From Diplonema japonicum (taxonomy: Eukaryota; Protista; Euglenozoa: Diplonemea): DNA of 64,000 nucleotides. Every line of letters starts with the position of its first letter. Positions within the stretch are counted from its first letter, which is position 1. Under the pieces are notes generated by a model. That model saw only the letters and a list, made by a program, of their open reading frames with translations. It ran no database searches and was not told the DNA's origin. The DNA lies in the NCBI GenBank assembly GCA_964019335.1, contig OZ025723.1:372001-436000 (forward strand), read 5' to 3'. The position numbers were made by a program, and so were the translations under genes. Below, in pieces: positions 41,462-51,696 of the stretch.

Positions 41462-44041
41462 ATGGTGACGTCGGGTGGGGGTGGGGGTGCACAAGTGCTC
41501 CCACCTACCCAACAGCTGCCACAGCACTTGGACGAAGAGATTGCATGTCTGCGGACGGTCGTCCAGTGCTTGCTGCTGAGTCTGCGGTCTTTGAAGAATG
41601 AGGAGGCTGCGACGGACGACCAGCAGCTGTCCCTGCCCGACACCAGGGAATTTCTGAATCTTATTTCAAGCCTAGTGGAGTCAGACGTGAACCCGCACAG
41701 GCTCAAGGTACTGCTGTTGGACGAAAGCACCACACCCATCCACACGCTGCTGTCGTACGCGACTACCGACAGCAAGCTACTCCAGCCAGCTATTCAGAAC
41801 AGAGACACATTCACAGAAGTGGGTTTCATCAACATACAGGTCCAATGCCTGCAGACATTGACACGGATTACCAGCACTTGCTGCAAGTGCAGCACCCCTC
41901 TAGATGCTTTGGAGTCCACGTTGTTCCAGCTCCTTACATCGACAGGTGTCGTGGATATTTTACTTAAGTTTCTTGCGAGCCAAGACTTCCACGAGTCACT
42001 GCGAACTGCCGCTGCGGAGTGTCTTTATGTGTTCATTTCTAAGATTGACGAGGCGAAGGAGGCAGTGGTGCGACTCCACGCAGTGCCCTTCTTCTTCGAC
42101 GTTTTGTGGAAGGAGCCCACAAAGATGGTAAGAAACTACTTGTGCGCGATGCTCAAGGTGGTGGCTGAGAAGTACAGCGAGCAGTTGCTGGACACAATGA
42201 TGGTGGAGAAGGCGGTTGTAATGCTGCAGCACGAGGCGTCGAAGCACGTGGCAATCATGCTGCTAGACATCATCGCGATGGTGTTCAAGAAGTACAACAC
42301 GTTCTACATCACGAGAATACACTCGAACCTAGACATCTTGACATCTTTGTGCAACCTGTGTGAGGCAGTGCTACACAAGAACCAGCAACCCGACATCGTG
42401 ACAGCGATCACAAGGCTGGTGGAGACCATCACCACGATAGAAGGCGACGACAGGGAGCACACGGAGTTCACAGCGCTGCTGTTGTCATCAGGCTGCTGGA
42501 AGGTCCTCATTGCAATGGACGTACAGAGAGCTGTTTCAAGTGAGTGGGACTCCGGCACCACGGAGTCAGCACTACACAAAATGCAGTGTCTTAAGACCAT
42601 CATCCTGAACTGCACCACGAAGAACCTCGTCGAGAGCGTTGCTTCACAGGTTACAAACTTCTTCCCTGCAGTTTCTGCTCTGCTCAACATACCACTCGAT
42701 GAGGGACATACCCCCCAACTGGTGCAGGAGGTCACACTATGCCTCGGCCTTCTCATGATCAAGCATCCTGATGCCCGAAAGTATGATCTACACTGTTTTT
42801 TCTTTTTGTAACTAATGCCGCAGATTCTTCAAATCCACCTTAGTGCAGTACACTTCGTGGGCCAAGGCCCTGCACGACAAAATGCACGACGTCCTAACGA
42901 TGACAGACCCTTCCGTGTACGAGAAGATGTACATCGTGGACTGCAACATGTCGTATATTAACAACCCCGCTGTTGTGAATCCTGACTTTTCAGACATGGG
43001 CTCGGTATGTGTAGCGAATCATGATGTACTCTCATCAAGGTGCTGCTTTGTGTCAGGGATCTTTTTGTTGAGCAGGGGAAAGGTGTCAAGAACGCGGAAC
43101 AGTGCCTGTCGCCAATGACCTTTGCAAAGACACGGTGCTTTGAATCTCTAGACCAGCGTGTGGCCCTCACCACGGTGCAGAAGAAACAGAGACTCACTGC
43201 CGCCATGTTCAACTATGTAGTGACTGATGTGATGGGGGAAGGCTTCATGTCACCGGGACAACCCTCGCAATTGTCCCCCAGGAACGTGTCCCCAAGGCAG
43301 TCCCCACGGTCAAGGCAGGCTTCGCCTTATAGAAGTACGAGCCCTGTGAACAGGATTGCAGATGAGGTCGGGACAGACTTTAGGAAACCTGAGCTCAGTC
43401 AGATGAAGCAGCAGCATTCGCTGCCAAGTTACATGGTCCCGCCTAGCCATGTCCAGCCCTCTCAGCATCCTGTTGCTGAGTTACCCATTCACGCACCGGC
43501 GATGCACGCAGAAACAGCCCCATCAGGGCCATTCGTCCCTCACTACGAGCAAAGCCCTCCACATCAGCAGCCTCATGAGCAGCCAGCGTACCACCAGGAA
43601 CAGGCCCCGTACCAGCAGGAGGCACCATACCAGAAAGAGGCTCCATACCAGCAGGAGCAGCCATATCAGCAAGAACAACATGTGCAGTTTCAAATGCCAC
43701 AGCCACCGCTACCACTACCACCACAACAACAACAACAACAACAACAACAGACCCACGACCCTCTCAGTAATAGACCAGCGTGGCCACCATGGCCGCCTCC
43801 GACTGACTGGCAACCTCCCCCAGCCAACCCCACGCAGGCGCCCTTCACCCGTGAGACGACACCGTCATCTTTGCAGAGATCACGCACAATGTTCCAGCAA
43901 CCCAACCATCAAGGTTGGACCCCTGGACAGCCTACAGGCTGGTCCCATCTTTCGCATGACCCACCCTCTAGGTCGTCCACACCTGCCTCCTCGACTCAGA
44001 GGAAGAGACAGAAAGCACCGCAGCAAAGGCGGTGGAGGTGA
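41462..44041 (+). CDS. ARM/HEAT-like solenoid protein with a Q/P-rich C-terminus, 3 exons, 833 aa
   Basis: Exons 41462-42780, 42824-43004, 43040-44041 (sum 2502 nt). Introns GTATGA..CTAATGCCGCAG and GTATGT..TCAAG. Confidence 0.75.
43583..43750 (+). repeat. coding 18-nt tandem repeat (PYQQEx, ~5 copies) and CAA microsatellite (poly-Q)
   Basis: AYHQEQAPYQQEAPYQKEAPYQQEQPYQQEQ, then (CAA)8. Confidence 0.75.
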
Positions 44042-44143
44042 TGTATAGATTTAGATTAGACTTTCTTTTTTATTTCTTTTTGTTATTTTAGTTAACTTGC
44101 TATTTTGTGTTCTCATGGGCTGCTCCTCTTCAACCCGGCAGGA

Positions 44144-44764
44144 ATGGAAGAGTGCATCAAGGCACTGTATGATGAAAACAAGCTGTGGAATGCGGCGGCA
44201 GTAGACCGGTTGCTAAGAAAATGTCAAGAAGGACACATGAGAGAAGTACTAAAGGCAATCGATACAGGTGTAGTAGGGAGGGTAGTGGATCTGGCACAAG
44301 AGGGTGAGGAGCTTTGTTTTACATACGTTGCATTCCTTGCGTATGTTGCTTGTGACAGTAGGTATAAAGCGTGGCTCTTGGAAGGAGACATGGGGGAGAA
44401 GGTGGCTAGCGTTTGTGTAGGCCTCATAAAGGCCAACAACATGTTTATCACTTACGAGGTGATACGACTGTTCACAGCTCTATCCATCGGTACCCCCAGC
44501 ACCCGTAGACTCTCTTTCCTCCTTGCTGACCAACAAGGGATCATCCCCTTGCTTATCACAGCAGCCACAAGCCCCCCAACATCCAAAGAGAGCGTGCGCC
44601 TACTCTCTGTTTTTGTTTACACACCAGAAGGCATCAAGGCCCTCAAGCCTTACACACAGCGGATCACCGACATGCTTCACACCATTCCACCTTCAAGTGC
44701 AGTCCTGGCCCCTCTCAAAGAGCTGCAGGATAATATGTTGGCTCTCCAGTTTAATTGTGAATAA
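44144..44764 (+). CDS. small ARM-like helical protein (206 aa)
   Basis: ATG just after GGCAG. AIDTGVVGRVVDL and QQGIIPLLI are ARM-like motifs. Confidence 0.7.
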   Translation: MEECIKALYDENKLWNAAAVDRLLRKCQEGHMREVLKAIDTGVVGRVVDLAQEGEELCFTYVAFLAYVACDSRYKAWLLEGDMGEKVASVCVGLIKANNMFITYEVIRLFTALSIGTPSTRRLSFLLADQQGIIPLLITAATSPPTSKESVRLLSVFVYTPEGIKALKPYTQRITDMLHTIPPSSAVLAPLKELQDNMLALQFNCE

Positions 44765-44823
44765 AGTACTAGTAGTTGCGCAATGAATACTGCATGCATG
44801 TTAAACACAGGAAACAAAGAAAA

Positions 44824-46349
44824 ATGGATGAGGAAGGTTTGAAGCTGGCAACAGGGGTGATCAGCGATGTGTACCTGAAGAACTCGCGGAGTGCGCTGCA
44901 GCGTGTTGAGAGCACGGTGCACAGCTTGCTGGCGCAGAGAAAGATCCCAGAAGAGGGTCTCAGGGACGAGTTCATCGAGCATCTTTTGCATCACATAGCA
45001 CTCATGGACAGCAACAACTACATGGGGAATGTTGGTGTAGGTGAGCGGGAGGGCAGGGTGCACTCCTCACTGGTGAAGCGCAGGCACTATGGAATGTCCC
45101 ACGGCATCGGCAGGAGCGGCGACCTCACTGCAAACCAACCAAAAGCGGCTGGTTCCTCTCTCATCTACTCCCTCTGTAACATGCTTGTTGCAGACGCCCT
45201 CAGAATGGCAGGTGCCAAGCGCACCACGAACGCCATTGTTGTCCCAATGGCCACGGGGATGGCGCTGACTCTTGTCCTCCAAAGCTTGCAGTCAAGGAAA
45301 GAGACGCCTTCCGGTGACGCGAAGGAGGGGGTGGTGAAGAAGCGCTGGATCATTTGGAGTAGAATTGATCAGAAGACGTGTCTGAAATGCATCTATACAG
45401 CAGGTTACGAGGCGAAGGTGGTGCCCTTAGTGCGCGAAGGAGACTTCTTCATCACCAACGTGAAGGGCATTGAGGAGGCCATTGAGGAGTGCGGTGCTGA
45501 CAACGTGTGCTGCGTGCTGAGTACTACGTCATGCTTTGCACCTAGGCTCCCAGATAAGATCTTGGACATCGCGAGGTTGTGCAAGAAGCACGGCATGGCA
45601 CACGTTGTGAACAATGCGTACGGTGTACAGAGCACGAAGATCATGCGCCAGCTGGACGCTGCGATGGAGCACGGGCGGGTTGATGCGTACGTGCAGTCGG
45701 GTGACAAGAACTTCATGGTGCCTGTGGGTGGATCTGTTGTGGCGACCAACAACGCCGACTTCCTGAAGCGTGTGGGTGCTATTTATGCTGGGAGGGCCTC
45801 CTGCAGCTCTGTCCTCGACATCTTCATCACACTTCTCTCCATGGGCCGATCGGGCTTCATGGGCCTTTTGAAGGAACGTACTGACACCCTTTCCTATTTT
45901 CATGAGGCTATGAAGTCCTTTGCGGATAGCAAAGGAGAGCGTCTCGTTGCGTCACCTGCAAACGACATCTCGTTCTGCTTGACAATTAACAGTATCAAGG
46001 GAACGCCTGCCTTAGGATCCGCCCTCTTCAACCACTGCGTCTCTGGGCCTCGGGTCGTCCAAGTGGGTACAAAGTATGTAGCAAATGCGTTTTGTCACAC
46101 TTCCACAGAAAAGAGATCTGCGGGCTGGCTTTCAACAACTACGGTTCTCACTCCGATGAGACTGATTACTCGTACCTTACCCTGGCTTGCGCCATAGGAA
46201 TCAAGAGGTGTGTTGAATATTAAAACCGGTATCCAAAACACACCCCGCACAGGGACGACATCGACACTTTCATGAAGCGCCTTGACAAAGAGTGGACCAA
46301 AATGGTAAAAAAAGAGAAGAAACAAGCGTCCAAGGATGTTCCCCAGTGA
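44824..46349 (+). CDS. SEPSECS: O-phosphoseryl-tRNA(Sec) selenium transferase, 3 exons, 481 aa
   Basis: MDSNN..GVGEREGR, HGIGRSGDL..QPKAAGSS, WSRIDQKTC, TTSCFAPR, VQSGDKNFMVPVGG. Introns 46074-46108 and 46208-46252 restore YGSH..YLTLACAIG..DIDTFMKRL. Confidence 0.96.
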
Positions 46350-46489
46350 GGCTATGTTCAACAGTAGAAGCTTAGTGCTCGTGTCCGTGTTTACTGTCTC
46401 TATGCGTTGCACTGCCGATGCATGTCACGTGTGTACTGCAGGCTGTTATTGGGATCGCCTTACCTCAACCATCACACACATAGGACAAA

Positions 46490-47851
46490 ATGTTGGTTGT
46501 ACTTAGCTTGGGGTTGGCCATGTTGAGCAACTTTGGAATACCACCAGTGCGGGATGAGGTCTTCAAGGCTGCGGGGGTTGATCTGGGGAAGCCGCTGTTC
46601 TCCTTCGGGCTGTTCAGCGACACGCAGTACGGGAACCTGAAGACCAGCGGGATGCGGCATTACAAGTTGTCGCTTGCAAAGATGAAGGAGATGTCTCAAT
46701 ATTTAGAGGAAAACGAAGAAGTAGACTTCCTGATGCACCTAGGGGACCTCACGCAGGACAAAGGGACGGCCCACAGGGAGCTGACGCTGAGCCAGGTGAG
46801 CAAGAAAATACCGATGTACCATGTGCTTGGGAATCATGATTTTATGGGGGTGAAGTCCATGACAGAGGTTATGCAAGGATTCAAGATGACTTCGCGAAAT
46901 TATGTAGTGGAGAGGGACGCCGTAAGGAAAGCAGGGTACAAGCTAATAGTCGTGGACGCGACTAGGATATCCACCTTTGCCAATGAAATGGGGAGCAGCG
47001 ACTACAACAAGGCTGCCGATATGTCGGGTAAATTGAAGAAAATCGGCGAGGTGCACTACAAGAACCACAACGGGGGTGTAGGCACTGAGCAACTGAACTG
47101 GCTGGACGGCGAACTGGAAAAGGCATGCAAGGAAGGGGAGAAGGTGATCCTTTTTGCCCACTCCCCGCTACTCACAGGCAGACGCAACAACGACATGCAC
47201 ACATGGGACAGGAACGAGGTGCTTGAAGTCGTGACTAAGCATAAGTGTGCCAAGATATGGATCAACGGCCATGTCCACGTGCACAGGCACGTAACGTACG
47301 CAGTCAACGACGATCACTTCGTCCACCTTTGGACCACGTCTGGGATGGTCCAGACAAGCGGGAACTCGTTCGTTGTGGCAGATGTGTATCCTGAGATGCT
47401 GTTGGTAAGGGGAGTCTCGTGGGGATGTTCATTTGCAAAGTTTTTTAACTTCTCAGCGCCGCTCTCAATGCAGCGGTACGATTACAACTTCAGCTCGCAC
47501 TACCTGAGCATGGCACACCTGGCCACCACTAAGGACCGCAATGCAAAGATCGATGCTTTATACCCAACTGGTGTCACGCCGCCCCCTGTCAAAGCCTTCA
47601 CCTTCTCACCGTCCGGAAAGATCATCACAGTTGCGGGCACCTCCACCGATGCAGTTCCTGTTGTCTCGTCGCCGCCCGTCGTGCTTCTCAAATCCCCTTC
47701 GCCCACCACGAGAGACCCCGTGACGGACTCGCCTGACACGATGGCATCGCTCATGATACACTTCCTCGCTGTGGGAACGATCGTGGTCCCCATCCTCTGC
47801 ACGCTCATCGTGATTTACAGAAAGAAGAAATGGTACACACGACTGAAGTAG
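46490..47851 (+). CDS. calcineurin-like metallophosphoesterase, ADPRM-like, with signal peptide and C-terminal TM anchor
   Basis: LFSFGLFSDTQY, LGD, LGNHD, NGGVGTEQLNWL, GHVH; S/T/P-rich stalk; TM LMIHFLAVGTIVVPILCTLIVIY followed by RKKK. Confidence 0.85.
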   Translation: MLVVLSLGLAMLSNFGIPPVRDEVFKAAGVDLGKPLFSFGLFSDTQYGNLKTSGMRHYKLSLAKMKEMSQYLEENEEVDFLMHLGDLTQDKGTAHRELTLSQVSKKIPMYHVLGNHDFMGVKSMTEVMQGFKMTSRNYVVERDAVRKAGYKLIVVDATRISTFANEMGSSDYNKAADMSGKLKKIGEVHYKNHNGGVGTEQLNWLDGELEKACKEGEKVILFAHSPLLTGRRNNDMHTWDRNEVLEVVTKHKCAKIWINGHVHVHRHVTYAVNDDHFVHLWTTSGMVQTSGNSFVVADVYPEMLLVRGVSWGCSFAKFFNFSAPLSMQRYDYNFSSHYLSMAHLATTKDRNAKIDALYPTGVTPPPVKAFTFSPSGKIITVAGTSTDAVPVVSSPPVVLLKSPSPTTRDPVTDSPDTMASLMIHFLAVGTIVVPILCTLIVIYRKKKWYTRLK

Positions 47852-48127
47852 TCATGATTGCGGTGTTCGTTTGGCGCTCGTCTTGCAGTGGTACGGCTCC
47901 GTGAAGGAAGCAGGTGCTCGGCGTGCAGCTGTCTCTTATGACGGACAAGCCCCGCTGCACAATCTTAACTTAATGTTTTTTTTTATTGAGAAGAAGTGAG
48001 AAGAAATGCTTTAAATTCTTTTTTCCTTCTCGTAGCCGGGATTATTGCGCGTTGGATTTTTTTCAAAAGGAAAAGAACAAAAAAAAAAAAAAAAAGAAAC
48101 CATCCCCAGACATACAGCACAGATAAG

Positions 48128-48472
48128 ATGCAAGGGCTTCCTGATGGTATTGGGGCAAGGGAGGTGGAGATGATTCAGACTAGCCAGTTTTTCACGCAGC
48201 TGTACGCGGTGAGGCACTCAAAACACACGGCCCTGGAGGCGTGCTTCGATAAATGCATGGACCCTGAAGATCTGAGAACGGCACACAGGAGGGATCTGGA
48301 CGAGAGGAAGAGGAACACAGAGTACGCTAAGGAAAAAACGTGTGTCAAAATGTGCCATCAAAAATACCAAAAAGCCTTCTCCATGGCAGTGGACGGCTAC
48401 CGGACATCAGAACTGCAGCAGCAGCTGATGGAACAAATGGGAGCGGGACCTATTCAGCTGCAACAAGCCTGA
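48128..48472 (+). CDS. small Tim-like twin CX3C mitochondrial intermembrane-space protein (114 aa)
   Basis: CFDKC and EKTCVKMCHQKY twin CX3C motifs. Confidence 0.7.
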   Translation: MQGLPDGIGAREVEMIQTSQFFTQLYAVRHSKHTALEACFDKCMDPEDLRTAHRRDLDERKRNTEYAKEKTCVKMCHQKYQKAFSMAVDGYRTSELQQQLMEQMGAGPIQLQQA

Positions 48473-48636
48473 GATGCTTGATAATTCCTTTAAATTCATC
48501 ATATACCCTTTTTTTTTTTTTTTTTTTTTCCTCTGTTTTTTTTTTTTTCGTTTTCTTGAGTTCCTTTCCCCCCCTCTCCCTTCATTTCTTGCTTCCCCCT
48601 CCCTCCTCCCTCTTCGGAGTGTCACACCTATCAGGC

Positions 48637-49410
48637 ATGGCGTTGAGGGCGACAAGATGTGTGTTGTCGGTGAAGGTAGTGGCGGATGACATGATAAGAG
48701 TGTGGAGGAGCTATGGGCACAGGGTTGGAGAGGTGCACGCACAGTTGGATAATGTCCACTGGTCCGTGAACGATCAGATGCTGAGGGATTACTTGGAAAG
48801 GTTCGCAATGGTGAGGGAGGTTAAGGTGGCGAAGTACAAGGAGACGCGACGGAACGTTCTGGACCAGGAGCGCAAGTGGGGCAAGTCGCTGTGCCACGCT
48901 TATGTGGTGTTCAACAACAATCAGGAGGCAGCGTTAGCAAGGCTGTTCAAGACACGACATGTGCTGAATGGGAAGGAGCTGCTCATCACCACTAGCGATA
49001 AGCAGCCCGAGTTCAACTTCTACATCCCCCACACGCACGAGTCAGACTCGGAGGGCATGGACCCCTCTGTTGTCTACAAAATGTCCAATCAAATCGTCAA
49101 CCTCAACCTTGCTGTCTCTGGCAAGTTCTTCCACCCCAAGCTGGCTGCTGTCCAGCGAGTCAAGGACCAAGCCAAGAGGAGCAACCCCGACCCCCAACCT
49201 GCTTCCCACGAACAACCGTGGTACTACGGAATGGGCGAAGAGAAGTGGAGTGATGAGGGTGAGCAAGCTGATGCAGAACCTGTCACCAGACCACAACCCG
49301 CAACCAGCTCCGTCTCCAGGTTCATCGACGTCGCCTCAGAGGAGCCGCTTAAATCAGACAGAGTCACGACAGAAGATACGCGGGTGTCGAAGCACAGGAC
49401 GCTGTATTAG
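48637..49410 (+). CDS. RRM-domain protein with a mitochondrial-type presequence (257 aa)
   Basis: MALRATRCVLS start; LDNVHWSVNDQMLRDYLERF, KSLCHAYVVF (RNP1-like), HVLNGKEL. Confidence 0.8.
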   Translation: MALRATRCVLSVKVVADDMIRVWRSYGHRVGEVHAQLDNVHWSVNDQMLRDYLERFAMVREVKVAKYKETRRNVLDQERKWGKSLCHAYVVFNNNQEAALARLFKTRHVLNGKELLITTSDKQPEFNFYIPHTHESDSEGMDPSVVYKMSNQIVNLNLAVSGKFFHPKLAAVQRVKDQAKRSNPDPQPASHEQPWYYGMGEEKWSDEGEQADAEPVTRPQPATSSVSRFIDVASEEPLKSDRVTTEDTRVSKHRTLY

Positions 49411-49508
49411 GAAAGGGTGTTATAATTTTCTTTTCTTGGAAGTTTAAAGCATCGAATTTAAATAAATAATTTATAATTAAAAAAAAAAAGATTACATCTA
49501 CACGTTAA

Positions 49509-49964
49509 ATGCAAGGCAGGATTGCGATTGAGACAACGAGGCTGCAGAGGGAAAAAATCCCGGGGATAGAAGCTGTGCCAGTGGCGGACAACGAAAGGTA
49601 TTTCATGATCAACATGCAAGGGCCGAAGGGGTCACCATATGAAGCAGGGATGTTTAGGCTGGAAATGTTCCTGCCTGTGGAGTACCCCATGGTGCCACCT
49701 AAGGCGAGATTTGTCACCCCAATTTACCACCCAAACATCGACAAGCTGGGCAGGATATGCTTGGACACATTGCGTGACAGGTGGTCCCCTGCACTGCAGG
49801 TCCGCACTTTGCTTCTTACCATCCAGGCACTTCTCTCTGCTCCGAACCCTGAGGATCCCCTCAACTCGAATGCTGCAGAACTTTGGCTTTCTGATGAACC
49901 CAAGGCACTTGTTACAGCACGACAGCACACCCTCGCTCATGCCGTTTCCTGGCAAGACGGTTAA
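49509..49964 (+). CDS. UBC13: ubiquitin-conjugating enzyme E2 N (K63 chains)
   Basis: [55 protein letters not shown]. Confidence 0.92.
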   Translation: MQGRIAIETTRLQREKIPGIEAVPVADNERYFMINMQGPKGSPYEAGMFRLEMFLPVEYPMVPPKARFVTPIYHPNIDKLGRICLDTLRDRWSPALQVRTLLLTIQALLSAPNPEDPLNSNAAELWLSDEPKALVTARQHTLAHAVSWQDG

Positions 49965-50412
49965 GTCCTCCGATTCGGGGTCAGGGGTTCGGGGAAAAAA
50001 AGAAAAAGAAAGAAAAAGAAAATAAAAAAAAAGGTTTCCTTTTTTATTGTTGTCTGGTAATATGGTTCCGCTAGTCTGCTAACTTAGTTCCTCTCTTCCA
50101 GCAACAACGGGACCCAGCCACGTTTTTTTTTTACAAAGAAGAACATGTTTTGTGGCTGGCATTTCTTTACTTTAAACATGCAAAATCGTTTTTTCCCGCA
50201 AGCTAAGAAAAAGAAAAAAGAAAAGAAAAATTAGCGCTGGAAAGAAAAAAAGATAAACACAAATTCAACAAAAAGAAAAAAGCAAAATAAAATAGGGCGA
50301 ATGCCTTTTTCATTATTTTCCCCCAGTTCCATCTAGCTCCTTTTCTTTTCCCATGTTTTTCGTGGACTCCTCCCTTCCCCTCTCTTTTGTTTCCCATCAA
50401 TAGCAAGGTGCA

Positions 50413-51639
50413 ATGTCTGGTATGCGACAAGTGATGACGCAGTTGAAGACTGACTCGAGGAGTGCAAAGTTGATGAAAGAAAAGTTTGCTTACGTACAGG
50501 GAATGAAGAATGTACAAGTGCCGAAGGCACTCAGTATAAAATCAGGAGTGATCCGAGCAATGCAGGAGCTTAAAGATCAGCAATACCCTGTAGGCCCGAG
50601 AACATATGGGGCCGCCATATCAATCGTAGGCAAGGTGGGGTTGCTAGACACCGCGGAGCAGCTGTGGAAGGAAACGGAAATGATTCGAAAGAAGAACAAA
50701 GACCCCATCAGCAGCTCGCTGCACAACGCGATGCTGTACACAAGATTGCGGAAGGTCTCCAATCGGCCGCTGGCTACACGCATCATCAAAGGCATCTTTC
50801 GCGACATGCGGACCTCACGGATATACCGCGACAGGTACACCTACAACACTGCTTTGAAAGGTCTTGCACAATGCAAGGCCCACGCAGCCTGCAGAGACAT
50901 CATTCAGCAAATGTGCAAGGAGAAGATCTCTCCTGACACTGTGACCTACAACACGCTGATCACTTCCTGCACTACAGATGAGAGCATCCAGAAGGTAGCC
51001 GACGAGATGAAACACTCCGGCGTGACACCCAACACCAGCAGCTACACATCCATGATTAGCGTGATGGTGGCGCTTGGTAAAATGGAGGAAGCTGCAAAAT
51101 GGTTCATCAAAGCTACCCGAGACGGGATGACAGGTGCTGGTCAGGCCAGGACCCTAGCGCTTGGGTGGGAAAAACAAAGTAACGGCCACGAAATTCTGAA
51201 GCTGATCCAGTTCTTAAAAGACAACAAACAGCATGTCGGCAGTGAGATGTACCACTGTGCCATGTTGGCCTTCCATGACACATCCTTCAAAAAGGTTGCT
51301 GCTGTGTACCAAGCGATGGTCCATGACGACGTGATGCGGTGCTGCAGGACGTACTCCATCTTCATCGACGCCATCTGCAAGAAGCTGTCCCGCCTGCCCC
51401 CCAACCACCCCAGCACTGGCGACTACGTTAAAGCGGCAAAGCTTGCACTTACTAGTGCTCTACAAAACCCCCTGTGCACTAATAAGCCTTTCATATCCAT
51501 GGCAAGGGTGTACCACGCTGCAGGTGACGCAGATGCCATAGTGAGCTTGTGCAACAAGTACGATACCGTCAAGAGCTTTCCTGTGTCAGAAGAGATGTTG
51601 GAGCTGCGTCGCTCGTGCGTCAAGAAGAAGGCGAACTAA
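50413..51639 (+). CDS. pentatricopeptide-repeat (PPR) protein (408 aa)
   Basis: RDRYTYNTALKG, ISPDTVTYNTLITSC, MKHSGVTPNTSSYTSMIS. Confidence 0.9.
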   Translation: MSGMRQVMTQLKTDSRSAKLMKEKFAYVQGMKNVQVPKALSIKSGVIRAMQELKDQQYPVGPRTYGAAISIVGKVGLLDTAEQLWKETEMIRKKNKDPISSSLHNAMLYTRLRKVSNRPLATRIIKGIFRDMRTSRIYRDRYTYNTALKGLAQCKAHAACRDIIQQMCKEKISPDTVTYNTLITSCTTDESIQKVADEMKHSGVTPNTSSYTSMISVMVALGKMEEAAKWFIKATRDGMTGAGQARTLALGWEKQSNGHEILKLIQFLKDNKQHVGSEMYHCAMLAFHDTSFKKVAAVYQAMVHDDVMRCCRTYSIFIDAICKKLSRLPPNHPSTGDYVKAAKLALTSALQNPLCTNKPFISMARVYHAAGDADAIVSLCNKYDTVKSFPVSEEMLELRRSCVKKKAN

Positions 51640-51696
51640 ATATATTTTTTGATCTGTCATCCTACGACAAGCCCTTCTAGGTAATCACAGCATGCA

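Noticed and set aside
44030-44144. Possible intron joining the ARM/Q-rich gene to the 44144 ORF
   Set aside because: No donor of the required phase before the TGA.
46350-46470. SECIS-like element after SEPSECS
   Set aside because: No AUGA/GA quartet with an apical AA found.
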